Origin: Thermoplasmata archaeon | Lineage (GTDB): Archaea; Thermoplasmatota; Thermoplasmata; Lutacidiplasmatales; UBA184 | Direction: 5' to 3' | Assembly: GCA_021801925.1 (NCBI GenBank) | Contig: JAKABH010000001.1 | Coordinates: 7,964 to 71,963 of the forward strand | DNA: 64,000 bases | Shown: positions 55,538-64,000 of the stretch, one piece after another | Layout: each line of letters opens with the position of its first letter | Position numbering within the stretch: the stretch's first letter is position 1 | The notes under the pieces: model-generated | Told to the model about the DNA's origin: nothing | The model's database searches: none | The model's input: only the letters and a program-made list of their open reading frames with translations | Made by a program: the position numbers and the translations under genes

Positions 55538-56750
55538 GCGGCAGCCGCGCCAGCAGCTCCCGCACCCCCGCGACCAGCGCGTCGGCGTCCTCGGGCCGGT
55601 TGTAGAGGTAGAACGACGCGCGGACGTTCCCCGCGAGGCCCCGCTCGGCGTACCAGGAATGGACGCAGTGCCGCCCCGACCGGACCATCACCCCCGACGC
55701 CTCGTCGAGGAAGAGCGCCGCGTCGTGCGGATCGATCCCCTGGAGCGTGAACGCGACGAGCGTCGGCCGGGCCGCGGGGTCGGCCGGACCCAGGAGCTGG
55801 ACCCGCGGCTCGTCGGCGAACGCCCGCGAGACGCGCTCGTTGAGCGCCCGCTCGTGGGCGGCCATCTCCGCCGGGTCGAGACGCGCGAGGTAGTCGAGGG
55901 CCGCACCGGCGCCGACGATCCCCGCGTAGTTCTGCAGGCCCGCCTCGAAACGGTGGGGCGGGGGGCGGAGCTCGTGGTCGGCGAGCGTGCTCCAGGCGAC
56001 CGTCTCGCCGCCGACCAACAGCGGCCTCAGCTCGCCGAGGCGGCCGGGGGCCGCCGCGAGGACCCCGGTGCCGGTCGGCCCCAGCATCTTGTGCCCCGAG
56101 ACGGCGTAGTAGTCGACCCCCAACCGGTCGACCGCGACGGGGGCGTGGGGCGCGGCCTGGCAGCCGTCCAACAGGACCCGGGCCCCCCGGTCGTGCGCCC
56201 GCTCGACGATCTCCGCGACCGGCAGCGTCCGCCCGTCGAGGTTGGAGGTGTGGAAGAGGCTGACGAGCCGGACGCCCCGGGCGAGCCGCTCGTCCAGGGC
56301 GTCGCCGTCGAACCCGCCTCCGTCGTCGAGCGGCAGGATCTCGAGGCGGATCCCCCGCTCGGCGGCGAGGCGCTGCCAGACGATCAGGTTCGAGTTGTGC
56401 TCCCGGTCCGAGACGAGGACCCGGTCCCCCCGCCGCCAGGCGAGCCCCTGACCGACCAGGTTGATCGCCTCGGTCGAGTTCCGGACGAAGACGATCCGCT
56501 CGGCCTCCCGGACCCCCAGCCGGCCGGCGAAGGCGGTGCGGGTCGCTTCGTAGCGGCGCCCGACCTCCTCCGCGAACCGGTGGAGGCTGCGCCCGGCGCA
56601 GCCGGGGAAGTCGCGATAGTACGACGCCATCGCGTCCACGACCGCCTGCGGGACGAGCGACATGCACGCCGAATCGAGATAGACCGGGGCGAAACCGTCG
56701 TCCCGGCGCCGCAGCGCCGGAAAGTCGGCGCGGCAATCGGCGAGGCTCAC
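55383..56750 (-). CDS. Cysteine desulfurase / class-V aminotransferase (SufS/CsdA-like)
   Basis: PLP-Lys (YYAVSGHKMLGPTGTGVL), catalytic-Cys loop (RSGRHCVHSW). GTG start overlapping the M20 stop. The last ~50 aa are an Arg-rich tail that is probably a read-through to the next stop. Confidence 0.8.
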   Translation of the reverse strand: MSLADCRADFPALRRRDDGFAPVYLDSACMSLVPQAVVDAMASYYRDFPGCAGRSLHRFAEEVGRRYEATRTAFAGRLGVREAERIVFVRNSTEAINLVGQGLAWRRGDRVLVSDREHNSNLIVWQRLAAERGIRLEILPLDDGGGFDGDALDERLARGVRLVSLFHTSNLDGRTLPVAEIVERAHDRGARVLLDGCQAAPHAPVAVDRLGVDYYAVSGHKMLGPTGTGVLAAAPGRLGELRPLLVGGETVAWSTLADHELRPPPHRFEAGLQNYAGIVGAGAALDYLARLDPAEMAAHERALNERVSRAFADEPRVQLLGPADPAARPTLVAFTLQGIDPHDAALFLDEASGVMVRSGRHCVHSWYAERGLAGNVRASFYLYNRPEDADALVAGVRELLARLPPTGTSAGTGSRRRPAAPARRRGAGSRGAAARSARPRRRAARGRAGSGGGSR

Positions 56751-57943
56751 GGAGCCCCCCGCTGGAGCCCCTCCGCCGCGGCCGCGAGCGTCGCGGCGCC
56801 GACCACGAGCGCCCGCTCGTCCGGGGCGAACGTGGCCGAGTGGAGGCTCGCCCCGTCCCCGGGTTTCCCGACGCCCAACCGGAGGAACGTCCCCGGCACG
56901 TGCTCGAGGTATCGGGCGAAATCCTCGGCGCCCATCATCGGCTGGGCGATCGCCTGGACCCGCGCCCGCCCGAACTCGCGCTCGAGCGCGGCGACGACCG
57001 TGCGCGTCGCCCCCGGCTCGTTGACGACCGCGGGGTAGCCGTGGACGTAGTCGATCCGCACCGTCGCCCCCAGGCTCGCCGCGAGCATCCGGACGCGGCG
57101 CCGCAACGCCGACTCCATCAGCGCCCGCGTCGGGGCGGAGAGCGTCCGCACGGTCCCCTCCAGCACCACCTCGTCCGGCAGGATGTTGTTCCGCGTTCCC
57201 CCGTGGATCTGCCCCACGCTGACGACCGCCGGATCGAGGGGGTCGCGGACCCGGCTGACGAGCGCCTGCAGTCCGACCACGATCTCGCTCGCCACGACGA
57301 TCGCATCCGGTCCCTGCTGCGGGGTCGCCGCGTGCCCGCCCCGGCCCCGCACGCGGATGCGGAAACGATCGGCGGCCGCCATCATCGGGCCGGCCCTCCA
57401 ACCGACCGTCCCGAGCGGTACCCCCGGGAAGACATGCTGCCCGACCACGAAATCGACCGTCGGGTCGCGGAGGCATCCCTGCTCGATCAGCGGCCCGGCC
57501 CCGCCGACCTCCCCGTCCTCCTCCGCCGGCTGGAAGATCAGTTTCACCGGGCCGCCGAGCGGGCGCGGAGGGCGCAGGAGGATCGCCGCGGCGCCGAGGA
57601 GGCTCGCGAGGTGGACATCGTGGCCGCAGGCGTGCATCCGGCCGGGCGTCTTTGAGGCGAACGGGAGCCCGGTCCGCTCGGTGACGGGGAGGGCGTCCAT
57701 GTCGGCGCGGAGGGCGACGACCGGACCGGGGCGGTCGGCCCCGATCAGCCCGACGACCCCGTATCCCCGTTCGAAGGTGCGGTACGGGATCCCGAGGCTC
57801 TGGAGCGCGGCGACGATCTTCTCGCGGGTCCGCCCCTCCTCGTTCGACAGCTCCGGGTCGGCGTGGAAGGCGGTCCGCCACGCCCGCATCGCGGGGAGCG
57901 CCCGTCGCGCGAGCGGGCTCCACGGCTCCCACGACGGGGCCAT
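56747..57943 (-). CDS. M20D-family amidohydrolase (N-acyl-amino-acid / hippurate hydrolase-like)
   Basis: Metal-binding motifs (MHACGHDVH, IFQPAEEDGEVGGAG, GGHAATPQ). Confidence 0.8.
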   Translation of the reverse strand: MAPSWEPWSPLARRALPAMRAWRTAFHADPELSNEEGRTREKIVAALQSLGIPYRTFERGYGVVGLIGADRPGPVVALRADMDALPVTERTGLPFASKTPGRMHACGHDVHLASLLGAAAILLRPPRPLGGPVKLIFQPAEEDGEVGGAGPLIEQGCLRDPTVDFVVGQHVFPGVPLGTVGWRAGPMMAAADRFRIRVRGRGGHAATPQQGPDAIVVASEIVVGLQALVSRVRDPLDPAVVSVGQIHGGTRNNILPDEVVLEGTVRTLSAPTRALMESALRRRVRMLAASLGATVRIDYVHGYPAVVNEPGATRTVVAALEREFGRARVQAIAQPMMGAEDFARYLEHVPGTFLRLGVGKPGDGASLHSATFAPDERALVVGAATLAAAAEGLQRGAP

Positions 57944-57954
57944 CGGCGGGCGAA

Positions 57955-58746
57955 CTACGGTTTCGATATAACGCGCGTCGCGCCGCCGCGGGGCCGCGTC
58001 CGTCGCCGCGCCCCGCTCCGGAGGACCGCGCGGGCGACCCCGGCGAGCGGGCGGTACGAGCCGATCTCGTCGACGGCGGGACGTGCCGGGCGCGGGGCCC
58101 CGAACCGGTTGAACCAGACCGGTCGGATCCCGGCCGATCTCGCGCCGAGGACGTCGTTCGCCCAGGAGTCGCCGACCATCACCGCGTCCCTGGCCCGGAC
58201 CCGGGCGGCGCGCAGCGCCGTCTCGAAGATCGACCGGTCCGGCTTCTCGGCCCCGACCGCCTCGGAGACGACGAGCGGGTCGATCTCGCCCCGGATCCCG
58301 AGGAACCGGAGTTTGCGCTCCTGCTCCGCGACCTGGTTGTTCGTGATGACGCCGACCGGGTGGCTCCGGGCGAGCCAGCGCACCAGCGGCACCGCCCCTG
58401 GCACCGGGCGTCGGCGACGGAGGTAGGCGCGGCGGTAGGCGCGCGAGAGGCGCCAGCCTTCCTCTTCGGTCGCGGTCCAGCCGGCCCGTTCCGCCAGCCG
58501 GCGGAACCGCTCGGCGCGGGCGGCGTCGTACGCCTCCCGAGGGGCGCCGACGTACCCGAGGGTCTGGTCGGTGCGATGCAGCTCGGCCTGGTACTCCCGC
58601 CAGAGCCGGTCGAGCGGGAGCCGGCGGAACCCCGGCTCGTCCCGCCGGAGCTCGCCGAGCGCCGCGCGGCACGTGAGGGCGTGATCGAACAGCGTGTCGT
58701 CCAGGTCGAAGAACACGGTGGTCGGCTTCGGCGCCCGGCCGGTCAC
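57955..58746 (-). CDS. HAD-superfamily hydrolase
   Basis: Motif I FFDLDDTLFD, motif II VITNN, motif IV VGDSWANDV. Confidence 0.75.
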   Translation of the reverse strand: MTGRAPKPTTVFFDLDDTLFDHALTCRAALGELRRDEPGFRRLPLDRLWREYQAELHRTDQTLGYVGAPREAYDAARAERFRRLAERAGWTATEEEGWRLSRAYRRAYLRRRRPVPGAVPLVRWLARSHPVGVITNNQVAEQERKLRFLGIRGEIDPLVVSEAVGAEKPDRSIFETALRAARVRARDAVMVGDSWANDVLGARSAGIRPVWFNRFGAPRPARPAVDEIGSYRPLAGVARAVLRSGARRRTRPRGGATRVISKP

Positions 58747-59719
58747 AGACCCTCACCAGCCCCCCCCGCACTAAACGCCGTCGTCCCGGCGCGTGCAGGG
58801 GTCGGCCGTCCCCGGTTTCGGGAGGGCCGGTCGGACCGGGTCGGTCGGTGGATCGGGGGGGGTTCTGTCCCGGGCTCACCCCCGCGGCAGAGCGACACGG
58901 GCCAGACCCTGACCGTGGACGGAGGCGGTCGCCGGCCCTACCGGTCGGGAGGGCCTGGAAGCACGAAGAACGGGACGGGCGCGGGGGAGCCTCCGACCCC
59001 ATCGGAGTCGTTGGTCCGTGGGGGTTTGCCGACGGCCCCCTCGGTCGGGGCCCTGTCGGGAGCCCCCCTAGGAGGCGGGAGATGGCTCCGTCTAGCGTCG
59101 GGGAGGGAGACCGGAAGTGGTACGAGGACGGCCGTCCCCCTCAACGACCGCCCGTGCCCCGAGCGAGGTCTCCCCGCCGGCTCCGAAGCCGCCGTGGGAT
59201 CCCACCATCTGCCGCCAGGGAACCGGCTCGAAGTTCGGGGTCGGAAGGCCGGTCGGGAGCCGGCACGTCGGCCAGGAGATCCCGAATCCCCCGGCATCGG
59301 TCGCTCGAAGGGAGGCGGCTCGGATCCCCGACTGCCCGCCGAACCGGTTCCACTACCGTCCCCGCCCCCAGGATTGGCCTTCGCTCCGCGCGGCCGCTTC
59401 CCACTGCCCGGCCGGTTCGAGCCGGTTACGTTCGACCATACATCGGGGCCGGCCCAACCCACCTGTCCCCACGACGTCGGTCGCCGTCGCTCCCTCGGCC
59501 CGCGCAGCTACGATCTCCTCGCGCGATCCCCTTCGCTCGCCGATCGCACATCGCGGCTCCCTCACCGGGGCGGCGACCCCCGTTCTCCCCAGGTTCCCCC
59601 CGGGGGCACGGCGCGCTTACCGGCCGCGCCGCTCTCGGGGTCAAAACGGGTCGGGGGCGCGGGCTCGAGGAGCGGGTTTCGCGCGTGGCCCGGGGCCCCG
59701 GCGAGGCGACGCGCGGGCC

Positions 59720-62209
59720 TCAGGAGGCCGGCGGCCGACGCCGCGCGAGGAGGACGATTCCGATCGCCGTGATCGCGACCGCGACGGCGACCCCGGCCAG
59801 GAGGACTCCCGTCGACCACGGAATCCCCGAGGCGCCGGCCCCGCGGGGGGGTGGGCCCACCGCCGTGAGCGAGTACGGGGTCCCCGGGGCGCCGCCGACG
59901 GTGACCGTGCCGGCACCGAAGGTGACGGTGTAGCCGGGAGGCACGGTGAAACGGATCGAATAGGTCCCGTTGGGCAGGTCGATCGTGACCGCGTCGGTGA
60001 CGGACGTCGCGGTGCGGTTGAAGCCCGTGGTCGAGTTCGTGGCCGTGACGTTCCATCGGGAGCCGTTCGGCAGGCCGAACTCTACGAACACCACGGGGTA
60101 CGACTGCGGCTGGAAGGAGACCGGGACCGTGACGTTGGTGCCGTTGACCGGGACGGAACCCGAACTGTTCGTCACGTACCCGGTGACGGCGAGCACGACG
60201 TAGGTGTACGTGCCGTTGGGTTCCGAGAAGTTCACCGTCGGCGTCGAGGAGGTCGCGAGCGTCCCTCCGATGGCGATCCCCCATCCGGTCCCGTTCGGGA
60301 GGCCCGATTCATGGAACGTCAATCGGTAGGTCGCATTCACTCCCGCCGGAGCGCACCGGATCGACACCGTCTGGTTCGCTCCGGCGACGGAGAGGAGACC
60401 CTGCGCCGGGGTCGCGGTATACCCGTACGGGACGCCCACGCTGAACCGGTACGACCCGTTGGTGAGCGACGCGATGAGCGTGGTTCCGCTGGTCACGAGC
60501 GGGCCGATTCCCCCGCCGACCGTGACGCTCCATGCCGTACCGTTGGGGAGTCCCTGTTCGATCCAGGCGACGCCGTACTCGGGGACCGATTCGAACGTGA
60601 CATTGTAGGTGACGGGCGCCCCCGCGACGACGAAGGTCCCCGTCGGCACCGTCGCCGCCCACCCGTAGGGGGCCCCGACCGCGAAGGAGTACGATCCGTT
60701 CCGCAGCCCCACTTCGGCGGGCTGGGAGCCCGAGGGGCTCGCGGCCACCAGCAGCCCGGAGATGGTAACGTTCCACGATAGGCTGGACGGGAGGCCGGTT
60801 CCGAAGAAGCTGACCGGGTAGGTCGGGGGCCGGGGTCCCAGGAACACCGTGCACTCGAACGTCGCGTTCGCCGTGTTGGTGACGCAGAGGTCACCGGTGT
60901 TGGGGTCGTAGGCGACCCCCGACGGGTCCAGGTTGAGGACCGTCCGCACGGTGTCGTTGGCCGGGTCGATGGCCACGAGCGCGAGGGCGCCTCCCCCGAC
61001 CCAGATGAGGCCGTCGGCCCCGTCGTAGGCGATCCCCTGGAGGTCGAGGCTTCCGAGCGCGGGGTCGGAGACGGAGATGTTCGTCACGCTCGCCGTGGAC
61101 GAACCGGAGATCACCGACACGTTCTGGCCCGCCTCGTCCGAAACAAAGACGGTATCGGTCTGGTTGTCGACCGCGACCCCGTACGGGCCCGCCGGGGTGG
61201 GGTCGGTCCGCACGACTCGGTTCGTCGCCCCCGAGATCACCGATACGTTGGCGGAGCCGTGGTTCGCCACGTAGACGTCTCCGGTCGCGGCGTCGACCGC
61301 CACGCCGACGGGGTTGGAGCCGACCGGCACGGAGGCGACGACCCGGAAGGTGGAGGCGTTGATCACCGTGACATTGTTCGAGGCATTGTTCGCGACGTAG
61401 ACTTCCTGATCGACCGGGTCGTAGGCCACGCCCCGGGGCTGGGCTCCGACCGGGACCGTCGCGATCGGATGCGCCATCGTGCCGGACAGCACGCTCACGT
61501 TCCCGGATCCGGAGTTCGTGACGAAGATGGCGCCGGACCCGTTGTCGTAGGCCACCCCGAACGGATCGGTCCCGACCGGGATCGTCGCCTCGACGACCGG
61601 TACGTAGCTGAAGTTGCCGGGAACGATGTCCACCCCGGAAGGGGCCACGGCGACGTAGAAGGAGCGATCCGCGAGGTCGTACGCCAGCCAGGCCGGGGTG
61701 GACGGAAACCCTCCCGAAGAGGAGTGGGTGCCGAGCGCGAGGGTGGCCAGACGGCGACCGAACCCCGAAGAAGCGGGGGGCGAGCCCGCCGACCGACCGA
61801 CCGCGGCCCCCTCCCCCCCGGCCGCGACGGCGGCGCCCGGCGAAGGCCGCTGCAAGGAGGGGGCATGGGAAACCGAGGAACCACCCGACACGGCCACCAG
61901 CGCCGCGACGACAAGGACGGCGAGCACCCCCGCCACCCAAGGGCGGGGGCGCAGTCCGTTCCCGCTTCGCCCGCGATCTACTCCTTCGGGATGAGAACGG
62001 TCGAGCACGGCTCCCTCGAGGGAAGGGACGGCCCAATCGCGCATCAACCTTGCCCCATGGCGCCGATCGTTAGGCTCCGGGGGTATCAACCCTTGTCCAC
62101 CACACGGCGTGGGGATTTGACCGGGACGCCCTGGGCGTTCCGGCCCTAGTATCGTCTCTGTCGCTCGAATTTTGTCTCGGCACGCCGTCAGCATTTCGTT
62201 TCCTCCCAA
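59720..62209 (-). CDS. Cell-surface glycoprotein: signal peptide, YVTN-type beta-propeller repeats, four tandem ~85-aa GLPxGTxW modules, C-terminal TM anchor with RRRPP
   Basis: Repeated YVTN-like blades (VGSNPVGVAVDAATGDVYVANHGSANVSVISG). 4x [FE]xxGLPxG[ST]xWxV...NG[ST]YxFxV...GY modules. About 40 N-x-S/T sequons. C-terminal GVLLAGVAVAVAITAIGIVLLARRRPP. The true start is probably an internal Met before the hydrophobic segment at aa ~90-110. Confidence 0.7.
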   Translation of the reverse strand: MGGNEMLTACRDKIRATETILGPERPGRPGQIPTPCGGQGLIPPEPNDRRHGARLMRDWAVPSLEGAVLDRSHPEGVDRGRSGNGLRPRPWVAGVLAVLVVAALVAVSGGSSVSHAPSLQRPSPGAAVAAGGEGAAVGRSAGSPPASSGFGRRLATLALGTHSSSGGFPSTPAWLAYDLADRSFYVAVAPSGVDIVPGNFSYVPVVEATIPVGTDPFGVAYDNGSGAIFVTNSGSGNVSVLSGTMAHPIATVPVGAQPRGVAYDPVDQEVYVANNASNNVTVINASTFRVVASVPVGSNPVGVAVDAATGDVYVANHGSANVSVISGATNRVVRTDPTPAGPYGVAVDNQTDTVFVSDEAGQNVSVISGSSTASVTNISVSDPALGSLDLQGIAYDGADGLIWVGGGALALVAIDPANDTVRTVLNLDPSGVAYDPNTGDLCVTNTANATFECTVFLGPRPPTYPVSFFGTGLPSSLSWNVTISGLLVAASPSGSQPAEVGLRNGSYSFAVGAPYGWAATVPTGTFVVAGAPVTYNVTFESVPEYGVAWIEQGLPNGTAWSVTVGGGIGPLVTSGTTLIASLTNGSYRFSVGVPYGYTATPAQGLLSVAGANQTVSIRCAPAGVNATYRLTFHESGLPNGTGWGIAIGGTLATSSTPTVNFSEPNGTYTYVVLAVTGYVTNSSGSVPVNGTNVTVPVSFQPQSYPVVFVEFGLPNGSRWNVTATNSTTGFNRTATSVTDAVTIDLPNGTYSIRFTVPPGYTVTFGAGTVTVGGAPGTPYSLTAVGPPPRGAGASGIPWSTGVLLAGVAVAVAITAIGIVLLARRRPPAS

Positions 62210-62561
62210 CGCCTCCGTCCGCTTTCGCGGCCGGGAAATGGATCGACCGGGCTCGGCCCTCGGGCTGTCGGCTCCCGTAGGCTCGGCGGGCCCGCCGGTG
62301 CCTTTCTCACGCTGGCTCGGCGACGGCTTCTCGGAGGGCGGCGCGCCGCTCCTGGGCTGGCGCCAGCCGGGTCATCGGTAGCTACAATACGGAGCCGAGA
62401 TCGGGGTGCGAACCGCCACGCTGCCGCACTCGTTCGATAAGCGCCTGAACCTTGGCGATCTCGGATTCGACGTTGGAGATCTTTGCTCGTTCGGTCGGGG
62501 TCATGCTGGGCCCCTCCATGGAGAGTTGGGCGACCCGCCGGCGCCCCAAATCCACACGCTT

Positions 62562-63302
62562 ATGTTCGGTTCTCGTTACCGCACCCCGATGGAGGGTGCG
62601 CGGGAGCCCCCAAAGACCGAGGGCGTCCTGCTCCTCGATCTGCCCCCCACGAACCAGCCCGGCGCGTTCCCCCGAGAACTCCTTCCCGGCGGCGAGCGAA
62701 TCCTGTTCGAAGCCCATCCTTCCCTGCTCGGGCTCTACGCGGGCCGGATCGTCCTCATCCTTCTGCTGCTTCCGCTCTTCATCTACGTCATCGTTGGACT
62801 GCCGACCAACTTCTTCGGATACTTCGTGGTCGGCCTGCTGCTGTTCCTGTTGGTGTATCTCGTGCTGCTCCAGCGAGCCGAAGCCTTCGCCATGACGGAC
62901 TCGCGGGTCATCGCGGTGCGAGGGGTCCGGCATGGGAGATTCGTCGAGGCCCGCTACGAGGAGGTGCAGAACATGACCCTCGTGCCCGGATGGTCGGGAG
63001 GGATCCGCTTCGATGGGACCCCCCCGAACGCCCCGACCAACTTCCTGGGGGGCCGGAAATTCGCGAAGACCGTCGAGTGGCGTGCCCTCCCTCAAGCCCC
63101 GCGGGTCTACGCCTTTGTCCAGGAGGCCTTTGCCTTGCACAGCTACCAGAGTGCCCAACGCGGGCTCCGGGAGATGCTGCAGGCCAAGATGCACGAGGAT
63201 CGGATCCCGTGTGCGTACTGCCGAACGTTGGTCGATATCCGGACCGTCGACTTCGGGTCGCCGAAGTGCCCGAGTTGCGGCGCCCCGCTGGCGGGTGCGT
63301 GA
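62562..63302 (+). CDS. Membrane protein with bacterial-PH-like (DUF304/YdbS-type) domain fused to a C-terminal C4 zinc ribbon
   Basis: Two-TM hairpin (IVLILLLLPLFIYVIVGLPTNFFGYFVVGLLLFLLVYLVLL) followed by a beta-rich domain (FAMTDSRVIAVRGVRHGRFVEARYEEVQNMTLV). Ends CAYCRTLVDIRTVDFGSPKCPSCGAPL. Start 62562 or 62589. Confidence 0.55.
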   Translation: MFGSRYRTPMEGAREPPKTEGVLLLDLPPTNQPGAFPRELLPGGERILFEAHPSLLGLYAGRIVLILLLLPLFIYVIVGLPTNFFGYFVVGLLLFLLVYLVLLQRAEAFAMTDSRVIAVRGVRHGRFVEARYEEVQNMTLVPGWSGGIRFDGTPPNAPTNFLGGRKFAKTVEWRALPQAPRVYAFVQEAFALHSYQSAQRGLREMLQAKMHEDRIPCAYCRTLVDIRTVDFGSPKCPSCGAPLAGA

Positions 63303-63306
63303 GCCG

Positions 63307-64000
63307 ATGACGCCGCTCGAGGGACCCATCTCCCCTCTCGTCCGCGGCCGGCGACCCATCGCCGCAGCGGCCTGGGCGGCGGTCGTAATCGTCGCCGCCT
63401 GTCTCGGCGCCCTCGCCGTGCATCCGGCCTCCGGAGCCTCCCCGCCCTCCGGAGTGAGCACCGACTACACGTCGAATGGGGTGTCGCCGCCGGCGGTCGC
63501 CTACACCGCAACGGCGTACGATCCGGCGGATGGATACGTGGTCATGTTCGGGGGGCTGGACGTCAACTACCACCCCACTCCGTACACCTGGGTCTTTGCC
63601 CGGGGCAACTGGACGAATCTCACCGGAATCGTTGGGTCGGCGCCCCCGCCGCTGTATGGCGCCGGAGCCGCCTACGACCCGCAATTGGGGGAGGTGATCC
63701 TGTACGGAGGATGCCTCAACTCCGGGTGCACGGTCGTCTCGGATGCGACGTGGGCGTACGCCCACGACCGCTGGACGAACATCACGGCCCAGGTCGGCGC
63801 TGCTCCGGCGGCGCGCGGGCGAACGATGATGACGTACGACGGGCGGCTCGGAGAAATCCTGATGTTCGGGGGCCTCGGTTCCTCGAACGTCATACTGGAC
63901 GACACCTGGCTGTTCAACGGAACGTGGACCCCGTTCGCCAACGGGTCGTCCCCATCCCCACCCACCCTCGCGGGGGCCGGAATGGCTTACGATGCCGCCC
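63307..64000 (+). CDS. Kelch-repeat (galactose-oxidase-like beta-propeller) secreted/membrane-anchored protein, 3'-truncated by window edge
   Basis: Hand-translated open frame not in the ORF track: N-terminal signal/TM (AAAWAAVVIVAACLGALAV), then repeated blades (YDPADGYVVMFGG, YDPQLGEVILYGG, YDGRLGEILMFGG, DDTWLFNGTW). Confidence 0.65.
   Translation, partial: MTPLEGPISPLVRGRRPIAAAAWAAVVIVAACLGALAVHPASGASPPSGVSTDYTSNGVSPPAVAYTATAYDPADGYVVMFGGLDVNYHPTPYTWVFARGNWTNLTGIVGSAPPPLYGAGAAYDPQLGEVILYGGCLNSGCTVVSDATWAYAHDRWTNITAQVGAAPAARGRTMMTYDGRLGEILMFGGLGSSNVILDDTWLFNGTWTPFANGSSPSPPTLAGAGMAYDAA

Noticed and set aside
58747-59719. Tried to read SRP RNA, RNase P RNA or 5S rRNA signatures in the non-coding island
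   Set aside because: No GGAAAGUCC (P4), no GNRA-flanked helix-8 SRP consensus, and no 5S loop-E motifs found by eye. Left as an open candidate rather than a called ncRNA.
1-64000. Searched for CRISPR repeats, transposase/integrase genes, and tRNA-adjacent integration scars
   Set aside because: No direct repeat arrays. No DDE/tyrosine-recombinase-like translations. Both tRNAs are flanked by housekeeping genes without duplicated 3' tRNA fragments.

Overview
High-GC (~70%) archaeal chromosomal segment, densely packed with housekeeping genes on both strands; coding density is above 90%. From 5' to 3' the window contains the following.
(1) An NfeD/stomatin pair, a crotonase and a divergently transcribed tandem-GNAT acetyltransferase.
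(2) An 11-subunit complex-I-like nuoABCDHIJKLMN operon with no nuoEFG, whose NuoI carries four CxxCxxCxxxCP motifs. It runs without a break into a geranylgeranyl-reductase gene and a polyprenyl-synthase gene.
(3) A carbon-nitrogen hydrolase, the topoisomerase VI B and A subunits, and cysS.
(4) A small RAM-domain protein, bcp, an MMPL transporter.
(5) On the minus strand, the large archaeal ribosomal-protein/SecY operon in canonical order (L3-L4-L23-L2-S19-L22-S3-L29-Rpp29-S17-L14-L24-S4e-L5-S14-S8-L6-L32e-L19e-L18-S5-L30-L15-SecY-DUF106 insertase-Cmk-Cbf5).
(6) A threonine dehydratase, then DUF2203, DUF72 and DUF99 proteins.
(7) Two tRNA genes (Arg-TCT and Ala-GGC). Each appears to carry a ~32-nt intron in the T-loop, which default tRNA finders tend to miss.
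(8) A GT4 glycosyltransferase.
(9) A mevalonate-pathway module (XRE regulator, HMG-CoA synthase, thiolase, DUF35) with an overlapping DUF835 gene.
(10) A PAC2-family proteasome chaperone ending in a C-terminal Hb-Y-X motif, preceded by a small helical partner protein.
(11) A cysteine-desulfurase / M20 amidohydrolase / HAD operon.
(12) A ~970-bp island with no detectable coding signal.
(13) A heavily N-glycosylation-sequon-rich surface protein (YVTN beta-propeller plus four tandem GLPxGTxW modules plus a C-terminal anchor).
(14) A PH-like membrane protein fused to a zinc ribbon, and a partial Kelch-repeat secreted protein.
No transposases, integrases, CRISPR arrays or rRNA genes were seen. Many long ORFs on the opposite strand are shadow ORFs, as expected at this GC content. 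Lineage cannot be fixed from sequence alone. Marker content is archaeal: Top6, eL19/eL32/eS4, Cbf5, DUF106, GGR, and an archaeal HMGS-thiolase-DUF35 module. The surface-protein repeats and operon layout are reminiscent of Thermoplasmatota-like archaea (low confidence). In GenBank-style coordinates below, some overlaps were re-derived by hand and may be off by 1 nt.
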